Source: Octopus sinensis (lineage: Eukaryota). From it: 64,000 bases of DNA. This document shows positions 62,301 to 64,000 of the stretch, in pieces. The translations under genes and the position numbers were made by a program. The stretch is taken from positions 35,216,001 through 35,280,000 of the forward strand of contig NC_043002.1 of the NCBI RefSeq assembly GCF_006345805.1. The letters are read 5' to 3'. The stretch's first letter is position 1. Every line of letters starts with the position of its first letter. A model generated the notes under the pieces. That model saw nothing but the letters and a program-made list of their open reading frames with translations, searched no databases and was not told the origin of the DNA.

Positions 62301-64000
62301 TGTGCTACAAACATGAAGCAATTATTAATAGTTATATAATTTATATACATGGAAACCAGTTTTTTAGTATATATTTGCAATTTGTTTTCTGTCAATTTCA
62401 CAAAAGCTTGCTATGTTTTTCAGTGGTTTCTCTTGGATAGCTTTAGAAATTGATTTTATTACATAATGGAATACACATCACATATCTCATTGATGCCACC
62501 ACTATACACCAGTATTATTGACCATATTGGAAAATGAAACACTGTTATCATTCGACACTACTCAGCTACAAAAGAGCCTGGTTCTTCATCTGTCTTTTCC
62601 TTTGCTATTATAATAATCTTTACTCCACTCAAGCTGAATCCATATACAACCTACCTAAACTCATTGCTCTCACCTCTCTTCTCTTCATCTTCCCCAGTGT
62701 CTCACTCCTTGGGCACTACGCTAAACTCTTCGTTCAATCCTCCTCACACTTTTATCCCCTGGCAAAAACCTCTTCGAGTGAAAAGAATTTATATTTTTAT
62801 GCATCTAAAACATGAAAGAAAATAGTTTTTATAATGCAACAACTCCTCAAAGGTTACCAGACTGCCTATTTTTTGGCCAGCCATAAAATCAAAACCATCT
62901 TAAAATTATTAATGAAAATTTATACTATGTCTGACAGTGCTTTTTATCTAGAACATCAAAATAGAATTAAAAGGGAAAAGACAAACAGGTTGTTTGGATC
63001 TCACACCAAGAAGGTGCAATTATATCTCTACTAAATCAAAATATAAATAGATCAATATTGAAGAAAATGTTGCTCATTATCAATGTTCTATTTTCAAATC
63101 AGTCTTTCTAGAGTTTCTGTTTTTTACATTCTGAAAAAAAATTTTGTTTTGCTTTTGCAATTAAAAGGAAGAAAGAGAATTGATGTCAGATTTTTAGAGA
63201 TGGCTTTAAAAAAATAGGACAAAAATTATTTCAATTGACAAAGAACTACAAGGAGCAAACAATGTTTTTTTTTTTTATCATATAATTATTAATTAATCAC
63301 AGCTATTCAAAGAAAAGAGAGCTGTCAAGAATATCAACATAATAGAGGAAAAGAAATTCAGTTGGCTTGAACAAATATATTTTTTCTCCGTTTTCTGTCT
63401 TCCAAAATAAGTTTATACAGCAGTCTCAGCAATAATATAATTAAGTTTAAAGTCTTTCATATTTCCTTATTATGTTCATTTCAACTTCTAATCTTTTTTC
63501 TTTTTTTTTTTTTTGGTAATTTTTATACTTTTCCCCATTGAAAGTGAGAGAATGATAAAAGATATGAAAAGAATTTAAAACATATACTAGATAACAGATT
63601 CAAAAGTCTTTTTCCTTTTGTCACCCCCCTCTCACACACACACACACTAATAGCCTGTTGGAATTATGGAAGAGTAAGATAAAATTTTGGAAAACATACT
63701 TAGAATTACCATATTGTTTAACAATTTAAAAAAATTACATCTGAAAAACTATGAATCTGAACAAAATGTGATAATAATTTGCCTTACAAGTGATAATTCA
63801 ATATCTATATTTTTTAATAAGCTGCTAACAAAGTAATCATTACTTCAGATTTGTTTCAGAATAACCTTGTCAACCAAGTCCATATAAGCAGCAATAAATT
63901 AAGAGTTGCAATTAACAAGAATAAAATTTTAAATATTTCTCACATATGGGATTTATAAATGTATTTTCAAGTCAATGAGATAACCTTGACATAAATCTGA

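Overview
This AT-rich eukaryotic window is probably cephalopod/Octopus; that is an inference from the repeat landscape only. The one host gene I can support is a minus-strand galactose mutarotase (aldose 1-epimerase, GALM). Six coding exons (equivalent to human exons 2-7) span 621-46810, with canonical GT-AG sites and the same intron phases as human GALM. Exon 1 was not found and probably lies beyond 64000. The introns are filled with transposable elements and long (TA/CA)n tracts. These include a young 5'-truncated RTE LINE and several RTE relics, two full-length mariners, a DD37D (maT-type) element, Tc1 relics, a two-LTR Gypsy relic, a solo LTR nested in a piggyBac-like MITE, Penelope-like GIY-YIG fragments and several SINE families. 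The most notable signal is a set of minimal hammerhead-ribozyme motifs with palindromic helix III (about five clear and a few decayed copies from several repeat families), some lying in long fold-back structures. Other points of interest are GALM active-site substitutions, a mariner 11 nt from a splice donor, and two LINE/SINE shared-tail pairs. TE boundaries are approximate unless termini are quoted, and no database search was possible.
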